From positions 1 through 64,000 of the forward strand of contig JACQID010000004.1 in NCBI GenBank assembly GCA_016198685.1: a stretch of DNA of 64,000 nt. Direction: 5' to 3'. Below, piece after piece: positions 38,612 to 48,143 of this stretch (the first letter of the stretch is position 1; each line of letters begins with the position of its first letter). The position numbers were made by a program, and so were the translations under genes. The DNA is from Candidatus Aenigmatarchaeota archaeon. Its GTDB lineage: Archaea; Aenigmatarchaeota; Aenigmatarchaeia; GW2011-AR5. The notes under the pieces are model-generated. The model did not search any database, had not been told where the DNA came from, and saw nothing but the letters and a program-made list of their open reading frames with translations.

Positions 38612-38879
38612 ACTGACCCTTGTGTAAAACATGGCGAGATTCTTCTTAAAGCTGAATTCCTTGCGTTGTCGCGGAGCTATTGCGCTCACGAAGTGGAGGA
38701 GCCCCGTAAATCGTGCAGGACCTGAGTTTTCTTGATGGATACCTTTCGACGGGAAAGGAAACATTCTGTTTGGCGCACTTGATGTCCCATTATTACGTAT
38801 TCATGCGGCACGGCGAAACGGAGTTCTGCAGAAGGTGCACGGCGCGAGGGATAGCTTAGTACTCCCCGTATATTAATTG

Positions 38880-39740
38880 TTATATGTTTCCGTACAAGGC
38901 GTCAAAATTTTTAGAGATGCTGTCCAATATATAGCCAAGTTTAGCCGCGGGTATCTGCGGCACGTACATCTCCATTACGGCGTCGTCTGGCATATGGTTT
39001 AAAAGCCGTCTAGATTCCCTTTTCGTAAGCATATCTCCTCTTTCATTTACTATCTGAATAATGCCTTCCCGAATCGCGTTTTTCAATTTCTTGTCCCTTT
39101 GAAGAAATACGCGTCTTGTAAGACGATCTCTTGTGGTTGATGAACTATCATCCCTTTTCCCCATATATACTAATGCAGAACGAACACGCGGCTTAGGATA
39201 GAAGGATTCTGGGGGAATTGATTCATGAATGCGCACATCATAAATTGAACGAAGCATCATAGCAAGTTTTGTATAGTCGTTGTCTTCAGAAGACGATATA
39301 ATACGGGTGACAAAATCTAGTGGCAAGATAAGACTGGAGGCAGCAGGCTCCTGAACAAAAAGTTTCTGTAAAAGTGGTTCAGAAATCCGGTATGGCACAT
39401 TCGACATGAATTTGTGGGCGGCTGGCCACGGGACGCGAAGAGCATCTCCTGTTATAAGATAGAAATTGTGATAGGATGCCAACTCTTTCGACAACAATTC
39501 ACTAAATCTTGGATCTTTTTCTATTGCATATAATGAATGTGGCATGTCGTTAAGGGCCAATCTTGCAAGATTTCCGTATCCCGGTCCCACTTCGAGAACA
39601 TTATCATAGGAAGTTATCCCGAGTAAATAGACAGTTTCTCTGGATACCGCCGAATCAATAAGGAAGTGCTGGTCCAGATTGACCGTGTCTTGCGATATGC
39701 GATTGTATGCTATTTTATCGGAACCGTCTGGAATTGTCAT
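38880..39740 (-). CDS. rsmA: RsmA/KsgA-family rRNA adenine methyltransferase paralog B
   Basis: LDQHFLID, VLEVGPGYG, AIEKD, GDAL, SNVPYRIS, FYPKPRVRSALV. Confidence 0.75.
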   Translation of the reverse strand: MTIPDGSDKIAYNRISQDTVNLDQHFLIDSAVSRETVYLLGITSYDNVLEVGPGYGNLARLALNDMPHSLYAIEKDPRFSELLSKELASYHNFYLITGDALRVPWPAAHKFMSNVPYRISEPLLQKLFVQEPAASSLILPLDFVTRIISSSEDNDYTKLAMMLRSIYDVRIHESIPPESFYPKPRVRSALVYMGKRDDSSSTTRDRLTRRVFLQRDKKLKNAIREGIIQIVNERGDMLTKRESRRLLNHMPDDAVMEMYVPQIPAAKLGYILDSISKNFDALYGNI

Positions 39741-39757
39741 TTGTACACCGTATTATT

Positions 39758-40663
39758 CTAAAACATGGCATCGCCATAGCGACTCTGCCAGCTTCGCCCG
39801 CCGCCTCTTGGTTTGTGACTGCCGCCCCATATCCTTTTGGGCTTGGCAGAAGACAAATATTCGAAAAATCTGGTAAATTCATAGCTTGTCAGGGCATCTA
39901 CCCTTTTGTCCATATAGGGGTTTTCAGCTCGCGTTTCCTGAACATATCTATCTATTCCGGCGTCCTGTTCTTCGGTATACTGACTCAAAGCCGCACGAAA
40001 GGCATCTTGAAGGGGCCGTTTATTCTGGTCCCAAACGCACCTCAAAGTGAATAGTGGGAAATCCTTCTTCATAGACATTTTTTCCCGGGGATATAGTCCG
40101 ACTAATACAGCGTTTGTTGAAGGTTCAGGATCGAAGCTTTCGCTCCCGACGTCCATTAAATGTTCGGGACTGAAGTAGGCATTGGTGAGAAGTCCCAGTC
40201 TTGTATCTTTTCTTCTGCAGGCGGAATTCGCGAAATTTTCCCCTACCAACAGGAAGGAAGGAGCAGGTTTTCCGTTAAATAACTTCATCATTAGCGGCTC
40301 CGTTATGTTGAACGGGATATTGCCGACCATCTTATCGTGTTTCGGAAACCTTGCAGTTATGGCATCTCCGTAAATCACGGAAACATTGGGGTGTTCCCTC
40401 TGCACATCTTCGAGGTATTGACGCATTCGAGCGTCCTTTTCTATAGCCACTACCCGGCCTGCGAACAAGGCAATTTCACGAGTAATTGACCCCTTTCCCG
40501 GGCCGATTTCTAATGCAGTTTCATAGGAATCTACATCGGCATGAAGAACCATCTGCCTCGGAATTTCACTATCTACTAGGAAGTGCTGATTTAGGACTTC
40601 TGTCTGGTTAGACGTTGTCATATGATAACCGCAATTAACATCCAGACAAACTTTATAAACCAT
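39758..40663 (-). CDS. rsmA: RsmA/KsgA-family rRNA adenine methyltransferase paralog A
   Basis: LNQHFLVD, LEIGPGKG, AIEKD, GDAI, GNIPFNIT, FDPEPSTNAVLV. Confidence 0.72.
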   Translation of the reverse strand: MVYKVCLDVNCGYHMTTSNQTEVLNQHFLVDSEIPRQMVLHADVDSYETALEIGPGKGSITREIALFAGRVVAIEKDARMRQYLEDVQREHPNVSVIYGDAITARFPKHDKMVGNIPFNITEPLMMKLFNGKPAPSFLLVGENFANSACRRKDTRLGLLTNAYFSPEHLMDVGSESFDPEPSTNAVLVGLYPREKMSMKKDFPLFTLRCVWDQNKRPLQDAFRAALSQYTEEQDAGIDRYVQETRAENPYMDKRVDALTSYEFTRFFEYLSSAKPKRIWGGSHKPRGGGRSWQSRYGDAMF

Positions 40664-40722
40664 AGTCTGGTATCTGCCTTCTGACCGCAGAGTCTTTTTA
40701 TTTTTTCGGGATAACCAATTAT

Positions 40723-41409
40723 ATGCAAAAAATCGTTTCTCTCGTTTCCGGTGGCATGGATTCCTGCACTACAATGGCGAAAGCAGCGATGGATGGAAAT
40801 CATATATATCCATTATTTTTTAATTATGGCCAAAAATCCGCCAAAATGGAGGTTACAGCGGCCCAGAATTACATCAACGAATTGAGAAAACGGTCAGTGA
40901 ATATAAATACGCTTCAAATAGTGACGATTTCGATGCCGTTTCTGAGAGTTGCGCTCACGGGAACAGGAAACATTACAAAGGCGGCGGACAAAGACTTTCA
41001 TTCCATGGAATCGAAGAAGATAGATTGGGTGCCGGCCAGAAATGTAATTTTCCTTACTATTGCCAGTTCATACTGCGAAATTGTAAAGGCGCGATGCATT
41101 ACCATAGGCGCTTATAAGGAGGACGAAATGCCGCCGTATCCAGATTCGTCCCGGGAGTTTTTCGATTCCATGGAAATATCGTTGAGTAGAGGCATTTATG
41201 GCGACAAATTTGAAATAAGAACTCCGTTTTTGCATAATTTCAAATGGGATATGATAACATTTTCGAAGGCTAACGGGCTTCCGGTTGATGTGACGTGGTC
41301 GTGCTATGAATCCGGAGAGAAGCATTGTGGGGCATGCAGAAATTGTCTCGACAGAAAGAACGCCTTTGAAAAGGTCATGGCGCCGGACGTCACAGAGTAT
41401 GTCGTCTGA
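40723..41409 (+). CDS. queC: 7-cyano-7-deazaguanine synthase
   Basis: SGGMDS PP-loop, FNYGQ, VPARN, YPD, TWSCY...HCGACRNC zinc site. Confidence 0.93.
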   Translation: MQKIVSLVSGGMDSCTTMAKAAMDGNHIYPLFFNYGQKSAKMEVTAAQNYINELRKRSVNINTLQIVTISMPFLRVALTGTGNITKAADKDFHSMESKKIDWVPARNVIFLTIASSYCEIVKARCITIGAYKEDEMPPYPDSSREFFDSMEISLSRGIYGDKFEIRTPFLHNFKWDMITFSKANGLPVDVTWSCYESGEKHCGACRNCLDRKNAFEKVMAPDVTEYVV

Positions 41410-42207
41410 TCAGTTTCTAAATTTTTTCCTGACAGAATAGACATCAAAGAGTGCTTGGGATACCCATCCGAGAGTATATGCCGAGTTCCATGCAAGCATG
41501 TAGGCCGCTACATCTAAGCCTTTTTTTGATGCTATGTCGATTTCCTTATCGTAAAACGCACCCAGACCCTTCATCAGGTTTTTTTCCACGCCAATGCGTT
41601 TTCCTACGCCATATCTCCATGCGCTCCGTAAATCTGTACAGGGTGTTAGTGGCGGATGATTTATGGTAGCCTCTACTATGTAGTTTATAGGTATATCATT
41701 TATCTGAACCCGGCGATCGAATTCGGCATCTTCCACCCAGTGGATATCCCTGTCGTACAGATAGCCCCCTATATCACTTTTTATAGATCTTCGCATGGCC
41801 AGTGGAGGTTTATAGGCGGTGATTCTGTCCGATGTTGTGTATTCTCTCGCTCTGGCTATTACATGACTAGGGTAACCCTTGGTTTGGAAAAGAACCCTGC
41901 CTTTTGCGAGTTTATAACCCTCGAGACCCTCGTAGAGCATCCGTATTGTTCCGGGATTGAATGTGCAATCCGAGTCTATAAGCAGAACCCTTTCGTTCGA
42001 TGCCGCATGTATACCTTCATCAAGAGCCGCGCCCAAGTTCCTCTCGGCAAGTTCACATGAATCCCTGCCAGATTCTTTAACTATCCGTTTTATGTCTGGA
42101 GTGGGGCCATTCATAGAAACGATTACTTCCACATCTTCATCGATGCTCTGGAGACAGTCCCTTAAGCGCAGATCGTTGGCGACAGGAATTATGATCGATA
42201 TGTCCAT
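41410..42207 (-). CDS. Soluble GT2 glycosyltransferase
   Basis: SIIIPV, IDSDC (DxD), WVEDAEF; no TM helices apparent. Confidence 0.82.
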   Translation of the reverse strand: MDISIIIPVANDLRLRDCLQSIDEDVEVIVSMNGPTPDIKRIVKESGRDSCELAERNLGAALDEGIHAASNERVLLIDSDCTFNPGTIRMLYEGLEGYKLAKGRVLFQTKGYPSHVIARAREYTTSDRITAYKPPLAMRRSIKSDIGGYLYDRDIHWVEDAEFDRRVQINDIPINYIVEATINHPPLTPCTDLRSAWRYGVGKRIGVEKNLMKGLGAFYDKEIDIASKKGLDVAAYMLAWNSAYTLGWVSQALFDVYSVRKKFRN

Positions 42208-42220
42208 TTAAAATTACTAT

Positions 42221-42898
42221 ATGTCAATGATTATATGCATGGTATTTAACAATACTGTTATGGTTTTTGCCGCTCACCCGGACGACGAATCTATAGGATG
42301 CGGGGGTAGTATGGCCAAGTATGCTAGTCAGGGACGTCGACTGTTTCTGACATGCATGACATCATCGAATTCGCAAGACGCGAGAGAGATACGCGAAACG
42401 GAAGCCCATAATGCTGCCAAAAAATTGGGTGTGGAAGAGTTGTTCTTTCTTCGAGAACCCGATAGATTTCTTGAGTATAATAGAAATGCATTGATACCCA
42501 CAATCAACCTCCTAAGGCGAACGCGACCGGATTATATATTCATTCCGCATCCCGATGAGCATGATCGTGACCATAGGTCTGCATACGACATAAGTAGCGA
42601 AGCCGCATGGTTGTCTTCAAGTCCTTATATGCCGGAATTGGGCAAGCCCTGCGATATCAAAGGCATATTTATGTATGAAGTATGGACACCAATACAACAC
42701 CCTCAATATTTTGAAGATATTACAGGATTTGTCCAACAAAAGAGGAGTGCCATAGAGTGCTATGGGTCGCAGATATCGCATGTCAATTATGCGGATGCGG
42801 CTATCGGCCTGAATAAATTTCGGGGCATAATGAGTGGTACAGGTGATTTTTCCGAGGCATTTCTGATAAAGCGTTTAAGAGATGTCTGTATGAAATGA
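42221..42898 (+). CDS. PIG-L/LmbE-family de-N-acetylase
   Basis: AAHPDDESIGCGG, R..E...AA..LG, HPDEHDRDH. Confidence 0.9.
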   Translation: MSMIICMVFNNTVMVFAAHPDDESIGCGGSMAKYASQGRRLFLTCMTSSNSQDAREIRETEAHNAAKKLGVEELFFLREPDRFLEYNRNALIPTINLLRRTRPDYIFIPHPDEHDRDHRSAYDISSEAAWLSSSPYMPELGKPCDIKGIFMYEVWTPIQHPQYFEDITGFVQQKRSAIECYGSQISHVNYADAAIGLNKFRGIMSGTGDFSEAFLIKRLRDVCMK

Positions 42899-42902
42899 TG
42901 CC

Positions 42903-43604
42903 ATGAATGGCGTTACCTGGGTGAAGAATATACTGCATACGACATATACCAAAATTTCCAATGATTTTATAAGGTCGGACCTTTCGACAAACAAATACGC
43001 TCCTGCGGAGAATGTTATAAAGACCCTGAGAGAGTCTATACCCAGAATTTCGGCGTATCCCGACAGGAATTGGTCGTTATTGACGAAGAAAATAGAAAGT
43101 TATACGGGAATTTCGGACGATCATATGTTGACGACCAATGGTCTCAAAAAGGCAATAATCTCATTGTAATGAGAAATTTCTCAAATCTTTTGGTCTGGCC
43201 GGTATGCGGCTGGGATACATCATAGCGCATCCTGAAACGGTAGACATGTTGCTGCGGTTGAGGCGCCATCGAGAGTCAATATGATGGTGCAACGCGCGGC
43301 CATAGCTTGCAATGATAGCGTTGATTATTATGCAAGCACATGGGTAAAAGCGAAAAAGACGGTAAAGAGACTTGTAGATGAATTGACCGTTATTGGACTA
43401 TATGCCGAACCTTCTGCAACGAATTTTGTGTATATCAGAACTTCTCGCGCGGAGGCAATATTTTACCATCTCTGGAAAAATAAAATCTCGGTGTTCCCTT
43501 CATGGGACTCCGAATTTATAGATGCGGATCGCGATGGGCTCAGAATAGTCGCTGGCCTGCCGGACGAGAATATCGCATTATTGAAAGCATTGAAAACCAT
43601 GTAA
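42903..43604 (+). pseudogene. Decayed PLP-dependent class I/II aminotransferase (HisC/CobD-like)
   Basis: N-part LSTNKY...YPD...TNG; after frame change NNLIVMRNFS[K]SFGLAGMRLGYII; second shift to APSRVNMMVQRAA...PSATNFV; central region missing. Confidence 0.8.
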
Positions 43605-43616
43605 GGCGGCATGATT

Positions 43617-45317
43617 CTATTTCTCAATCATGAAATCACCGATGAAAAGGTAATCCATGCCGCTTCCATACATAGTGCGTAGTGCATCTCTGGGACTACA
43701 TACAAGCGCCTCTCCTTTTACATTAAGGGAAGTGTTGACGACTACCGGAACACCCGTGATTTCGCCCACATTTTCTATGAGTTTCCTATATCTGGGATTG
43801 CTTTTTTTATCAACCGTCTGAGGCCTAGTTGTACCATCTACGTGAACTACCGCAGGTATATCTCCGGCCCGATCTTTGCGGACATCAAATCCTAATATCA
43901 TATATGGTGAAGAATGCGGTTGTTCCAGATAATTGGCCGCCGCTTCATCGAGCATCGAAGGGCCAAATGGCCTGTACCACTCTCTGTATTTTACTGCTTC
44001 ATTCAGTCTGTTTTTCATATCAGGATTTCTTGGGTCGGCAAGTATGCTTCTGTTGCCCAATGCTCTGGGTCCCCATTCCATGCCACCTTGAAACCAGCCT
44101 ACTATTTTTCCGTTTGTGATAAGCTGCGCGGCCATGCCTTCGGGATCATCTTGGTATTTGAATGGTATCTTGAGCGATAGTAGCTCCCTTTCAATGGCTT
44201 CTTCTGAGAATGCCGGCCCCAGATAGACATTCGGAATAATTGTTCTGGCGTTGTATCCCAGTCGGGAATAGAGCTCTAGAGCGGCGCCCATACTGCATCC
44301 CGCGTCATTGGCAGCCGGTTGGATAAATATATCATCCACAATACCGGAACGCAATATCTTGCCGTTGGCGACGCAATTCAATCCCACACCCCCGGATAGT
44401 GACAGGTTCTTAGAGCCAGTTTCTTCAACAGCAATTTTGGCAAGATATAACATCATATCTTCGACTATGGCTTGTGCCGAAGCGGCGGCATCCATATAAA
44501 CCGGGGTCATGATAGTTTCACGCGCGAATTTTTTCGCATCTTGGTCATAGATGAATGAAGGCGCATTGGCCCTTCCAAATCGGCTGGAGAATAATTTTAC
44601 CCATTGCTCGCGTATTTGGGTTTCTTCATCGCTGACTCCGTCTTTTCCAAGTACTATTCCCGACCTGTTTATATTGGACCTATAGCTTTTGCCGTTAGTT
44701 GTGAAAGCGTCTGACAGTGACATTCTTCGTCTGCCGTATGCTGCAAGCCCCATAGTCTTGCCAGGTTCGTTGGGTTCTAAGCCCACGAATCCCGTCGAGG
44801 CCTCGTAAAAATATCCCAATGAATCAGGTATGCCTATTTTTCTGACTAATTTTATTTGGTTTCCGTCTCCATACCACAAGGAAGTGGAGACGTCTTCGCC
44901 CTGCCCGTCCGCCACTACAATGGCGCTTTTGTCGTAGCCCGAGACTCGGAATGCGCTTGAAGCATGCGACAAATGATGCTCGATGAAAGAAATCCGCGGA
45001 GATTTACCATAATCAAACATTGTTCTGGGGAATATTTGTTCTGGGAGAGTACTTTCATCTAGGCGGTCCGTCATGCCTCTAATTTTATAATGATACGGCC
45101 AGTCCCAGTAAACCGCTACATGATCTATTTCGTTGACTCCTATGCCGGCGACATCAAGGCAGTACTTGATGGAATTATGAGGCAATGTGTCGTATGAATA
45201 CTTTTTTCTGATCAGTTTTTCCTCTTCTACCGCAGCTACAATTTTGCCGTCTTTTAGAAGCGTTGCCGACGCATCATGACCTCTATCGTTCCAGCCTGCA
45301 ATACCAAGTATGTACAT
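43617..45317 (-). CDS. Carbamoyltransferase (NodU/CmcH/TobZ family)
   Basis: ILGIAG..HDASA..EEEK; HHLSHA; DGQGE; GKTMGLAAYG; GGVGLNC; PAANDAG; EWGPRALGNRS; RPFGPS; VHVDGTTRPQTV; NTSLN. Confidence 0.93.
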   Translation of the reverse strand: MYILGIAGWNDRGHDASATLLKDGKIVAAVEEEKLIRKKYSYDTLPHNSIKYCLDVAGIGVNEIDHVAVYWDWPYHYKIRGMTDRLDESTLPEQIFPRTMFDYGKSPRISFIEHHLSHASSAFRVSGYDKSAIVVADGQGEDVSTSLWYGDGNQIKLVRKIGIPDSLGYFYEASTGFVGLEPNEPGKTMGLAAYGRRRMSLSDAFTTNGKSYRSNINRSGIVLGKDGVSDEETQIREQWVKLFSSRFGRANAPSFIYDQDAKKFARETIMTPVYMDAAASAQAIVEDMMLYLAKIAVEETGSKNLSLSGGVGLNCVANGKILRSGIVDDIFIQPAANDAGCSMGAALELYSRLGYNARTIIPNVYLGPAFSEEAIERELLSLKIPFKYQDDPEGMAAQLITNGKIVGWFQGGMEWGPRALGNRSILADPRNPDMKNRLNEAVKYREWYRPFGPSMLDEAAANYLEQPHSSPYMILGFDVRKDRAGDIPAVVHVDGTTRPQTVDKKSNPRYRKLIENVGEITGVPVVVNTSLNVKGEALVCSPRDALRTMYGSGMDYLFIGDFMIEK

Positions 45318-45365
45318 ACAAATAACACGATTTTTTATTCTTAAACATCTTCGCATATTGTCATT

Positions 45366-46139
45366 ATGGGGAAAGGTGTTGATGCATCGTTTTGGGATAA
45401 AGTGGGTTCGGAGATAGGATACGACTTTACATCATTGCGCTTATACCGCGAAGGCGAAAATTGTGAGGAAAAATTCAGGCGACTTGTCACGAATAATATC
45501 TGCCAAAACAGCGTAGCAATTGACATAGGGGTCGCTGACGGCTCGTTTGATATTAGTTTATCCGATAAGCTGAAATTTATCGTAGGCATTGACACTTCTA
45601 CAAAAATGATTGAAAAAGCGCGCCAAAAACTCGCGATTTCCGGATCAAGAAACGTATTCTTATCCATCTCGGACGGTAGGGAATTACCGTTTGCTGATGC
45701 ACAATTTGACATTTCGATTAGTAGGAGAGGACCCAGTACTTCCAGCATGGAATTTCTTCTGGAAACCAAGCGTATTTTGAACAGGGGCGGGATATTTCTA
45801 GAGATAACTATAGGTGAGAAAGACAAAGAAAATATAAAGAGAATATTCGGAAGAGGGCAGAATTATACGGCGCTGATGGCAGGCAGAAGCGAAATGTTAA
45901 GAAAAAAGGCCATGCTGCAAAAAGCGGGTTTCGTGGACATAGAAGTGAGTGAAATGAATTCGGCGGAATTCTACGAGTCCGTGGAGGATATTATGTTTCT
46001 CCTTCGCAACACCCCGATAATTCCCGACTTTAACAGGATTAATGACATGGAGTATATTCATAAACTGATGAAAGACGCAAAAACGGAGAGGGGAATACGC
46101 ACGAATAGCCATCGAATTATCATATCGGCAAGGAAATGA
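45366..46139 (+). CDS. Class I SAM-dependent methyltransferase
   Basis: AIDIGVADG, GIDTSTKMIEKA, DGRELPFADAQFDISISRRGP. Confidence 0.85.
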   Translation: MGKGVDASFWDKVGSEIGYDFTSLRLYREGENCEEKFRRLVTNNICQNSVAIDIGVADGSFDISLSDKLKFIVGIDTSTKMIEKARQKLAISGSRNVFLSISDGRELPFADAQFDISISRRGPSTSSMEFLLETKRILNRGGIFLEITIGEKDKENIKRIFGRGQNYTALMAGRSEMLRKKAMLQKAGFVDIEVSEMNSAEFYESVEDIMFLLRNTPIIPDFNRINDMEYIHKLMKDAKTERGIRTNSHRIIISARK

Positions 46140-46140
46140 T

Positions 46141-46920
46141 TCATCTGCCCCTATCCGACCCCCATAGAAGAATATGTAATCTCGGCGTGAATCCGTATCC
46201 AGATGCTTTGCACGTCTCCACGATGAACCGGGATCTGCGGAGTACATCCTCACGTGTCGTGCCCTCCGGCATTAATAGGACCTTGTTTTTTTGGATTTTG
46301 TAACGCGCGACAATATCGTTGATTCCGTAGATATCGTTCTCAGAGCAAACTACAAATTTAAACCATGCGGTATTAGCATTTGAAAAAAAGGACAGAGCTG
46401 CGGCATTTTCTCTCATAATAGCCCTGTTTCCAGAGGATTCGAGTTTGGGCGAAACATTCCATTGTTTTATGCTGGCAGAAAAGAGCTCATTTGGGACTAT
46501 GGTGCCGTTCGTTTCCGTTTCGATATAGTAGCCTAATTCATTAACACAGTTTAGGAATTTCAAGAGCTCCGGATCTTTTTGCTGCAGCAATGGTTCCCCG
46601 CCTGTAAGTACTATGCGTTTACAGTCAAATTTCTCTATAGTTTGTATTAACTCTTCGGATAGCATATCGATACTTTCTTTGAAGGGGTGATAGAGTTTGG
46701 TATCCTCTCTGGGGGCGGAAGAATTGTCCGTAGTAGCCTTCTCAACGTTCTTTAGCATTTGTTTGCTGAAAAGCCATGTATATTTTGTGTCGCACCACCA
46801 GCAATGTAAATTGCATGAAGAAAGCCGGATAAAAATCGAAGGAATGCCGAGAGAGCGACCTTCGCCTTGCACGGAATAGAATACTTCATTTACCTTCATT
46901 GTCTTTCCAGTATTCCGCAT
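46141..46920 (-). CDS. queE: 7-carboxy-7-deazaguanine synthase (radical SAM)
   Basis: EVFYSVQGEG, FIRLSSCNLHCWWCDT, LTGGEPLLQ, IETNGT, VSPKL, PRLHILLW. Confidence 0.92.
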   Translation of the reverse strand: MRNTGKTMKVNEVFYSVQGEGRSLGIPSIFIRLSSCNLHCWWCDTKYTWLFSKQMLKNVEKATTDNSSAPREDTKLYHPFKESIDMLSEELIQTIEKFDCKRIVLTGGEPLLQQKDPELLKFLNCVNELGYYIETETNGTIVPNELFSASIKQWNVSPKLESSGNRAIMRENAAALSFFSNANTAWFKFVVCSENDIYGINDIVARYKIQKNKVLLMPEGTTREDVLRRSRFIVETCKASGYGFTPRLHILLWGSDRGR

Positions 46921-47275
46921 ATTGATTTTGGGATTCCCAAACCCTTACCCTCTCCAGATTTTTGATGCCCTTGTCCTCCAGTTTATGGAATAATATTTTC
47001 GAGACATTCTCGGCCGTAGCATTGTTTCCCAGAATGTTATTAAGATGATTGTGGTCAAATTCGCTCAGACATGATCGAAGCCCACTTTTTAATTCTATGA
47101 AGTCAGAATTTTCTAAAATCCCATTGGAATCTGTAGTTTGACCTGTTACGAACACTTCCACTTTATACGTATGTCCGTGGAGGTTTCTGCATTTCCCAGC
47201 ATGCCCAGGTATGCTATGTGACGCGTCAAAATGGTCCTCTATGCGCAATCGAAACATTATAACGTCCCCTCCCAT
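46886..47275 (-). CDS. queD: 6-carboxy-5,6,7,8-tetrahydropterin synthase
   Basis: FDASH...CRNLHGHTY...FDHNHLN...TAEN...VWES. Confidence 0.93.
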   Translation of the reverse strand: MGGDVIMFRLRIEDHFDASHSIPGHAGKCRNLHGHTYKVEVFVTGQTTDSNGILENSDFIELKSGLRSCLSEFDHNHLNNILGNNATAENVSKILFHKLEDKGIKNLERVRVWESQNQYAEYWKDNEGK

Positions 47276-48021
47276 TGCGAAGAGATGTTATGATCATGGA
47301 TTGACTCGAAGCTTATGCACTTGATATGACATTGCCTTCGCGGATATTCGGCCTTCAGTTCAGCCGCGCATTTACGTACAACGTCCTCCACAAACATGGG
47401 GTTTTGGTGGATTTTTTCCACAACCGATTTTTCTTGCGGGCGTTTCAGCAAACTATATGTCGGTGAACTAAAGCACGAATTGCATATATCAATAAGATAA
47501 GCGTGATTTATTGGGGCCCCCGTAGTGTCCAATCGTAGTTGCAATTCACCGCGTTGGTTATGCGTCAGCCCACCAGTCAATTCTTTTGAACATGGGCATG
47601 CTAAGATGCCTTTCAATGAAAGCTCTATGGTTCTTTGCTTTGTTCTCGTATCATAAGTAGCGCAAACGTTTACTATAGCAGTTTCCTTTCCCCCAGAAAC
47701 GTTTCTTTTATGAAATGGCATTATGCCAGAAACCTTCGTTTCGCAATGATAGTGGTGTTTTTCCAGTATGCTCTTTGCAAGGGTCTCCGCGACGTCTTCA
47801 ATGGAATGCATATTTGAACTCAGGTTGTGTATAGATTCAATGAACCTGCTCATGTGGGCACCCCTTTGATGAGCCGGCAAAGTGACGTATGCGTCAATGG
47901 ACATTACGCATTGATATGCATCTGAGTCACTGCCTACAATTATGAGTTTTTTTACGTTTTCTACCCCCACGCGGGATAGCTCTAATGGATTTGCGGGTAC
48001 AGAATTTTGAACATCTATCAT
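47257..48021 (-). CDS. folE2: GTP cyclohydrolase type IB (FolE2/MptA)
   Basis: DVQ...VG, RGAHMSRF, ACPCS, HNQRG, LLKRPQE..V....NPMFVEDVVR, ESIHDH. Confidence 0.9.
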   Translation of the reverse strand: MIDVQNSVPANPLELSRVGVENVKKLIIVGSDSDAYQCVMSIDAYVTLPAHQRGAHMSRFIESIHNLSSNMHSIEDVAETLAKSILEKHHYHCETKVSGIMPFHKRNVSGGKETAIVNVCATYDTRTKQRTIELSLKGILACPCSKELTGGLTHNQRGELQLRLDTTGAPINHAYLIDICNSCFSSPTYSLLKRPQEKSVVEKIHQNPMFVEDVVRKCAAELKAEYPRRQCHIKCISFESIHDHNISSQWEGTL

Positions 48022-48143
48022 TCTTTATCTATGTAGTTCAACAATTAAAATCTTCTATTCAGCAATATATTGCAAATTCGAGAAAATAACCACTTCGGCA
48101 TCAATGATAAGTTTCGAGAGGTACTTTTTGGCGGGGTGACTCA

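Noticed and set aside
38612-38764. N-terminal extension of the CBS protein in the ORF track
   Set aside because: The extension looks non-coding; the CBS fold starts at MKLYPTV (38611).
38640-38880. RNase P or SRP RNA
   Set aside because: GAGGAG and AACAGAA fragments are on opposite strands or in the wrong order relative to RNase P CR-I/CR-V, and no SRP helix-8 motif was found.
40723-48021. Dpd DNA-modification/restriction island
   Set aside because: No dpdA/dpdB/dpdC, helicase or nuclease genes recognised, so it cannot be called a Dpd system from this window.
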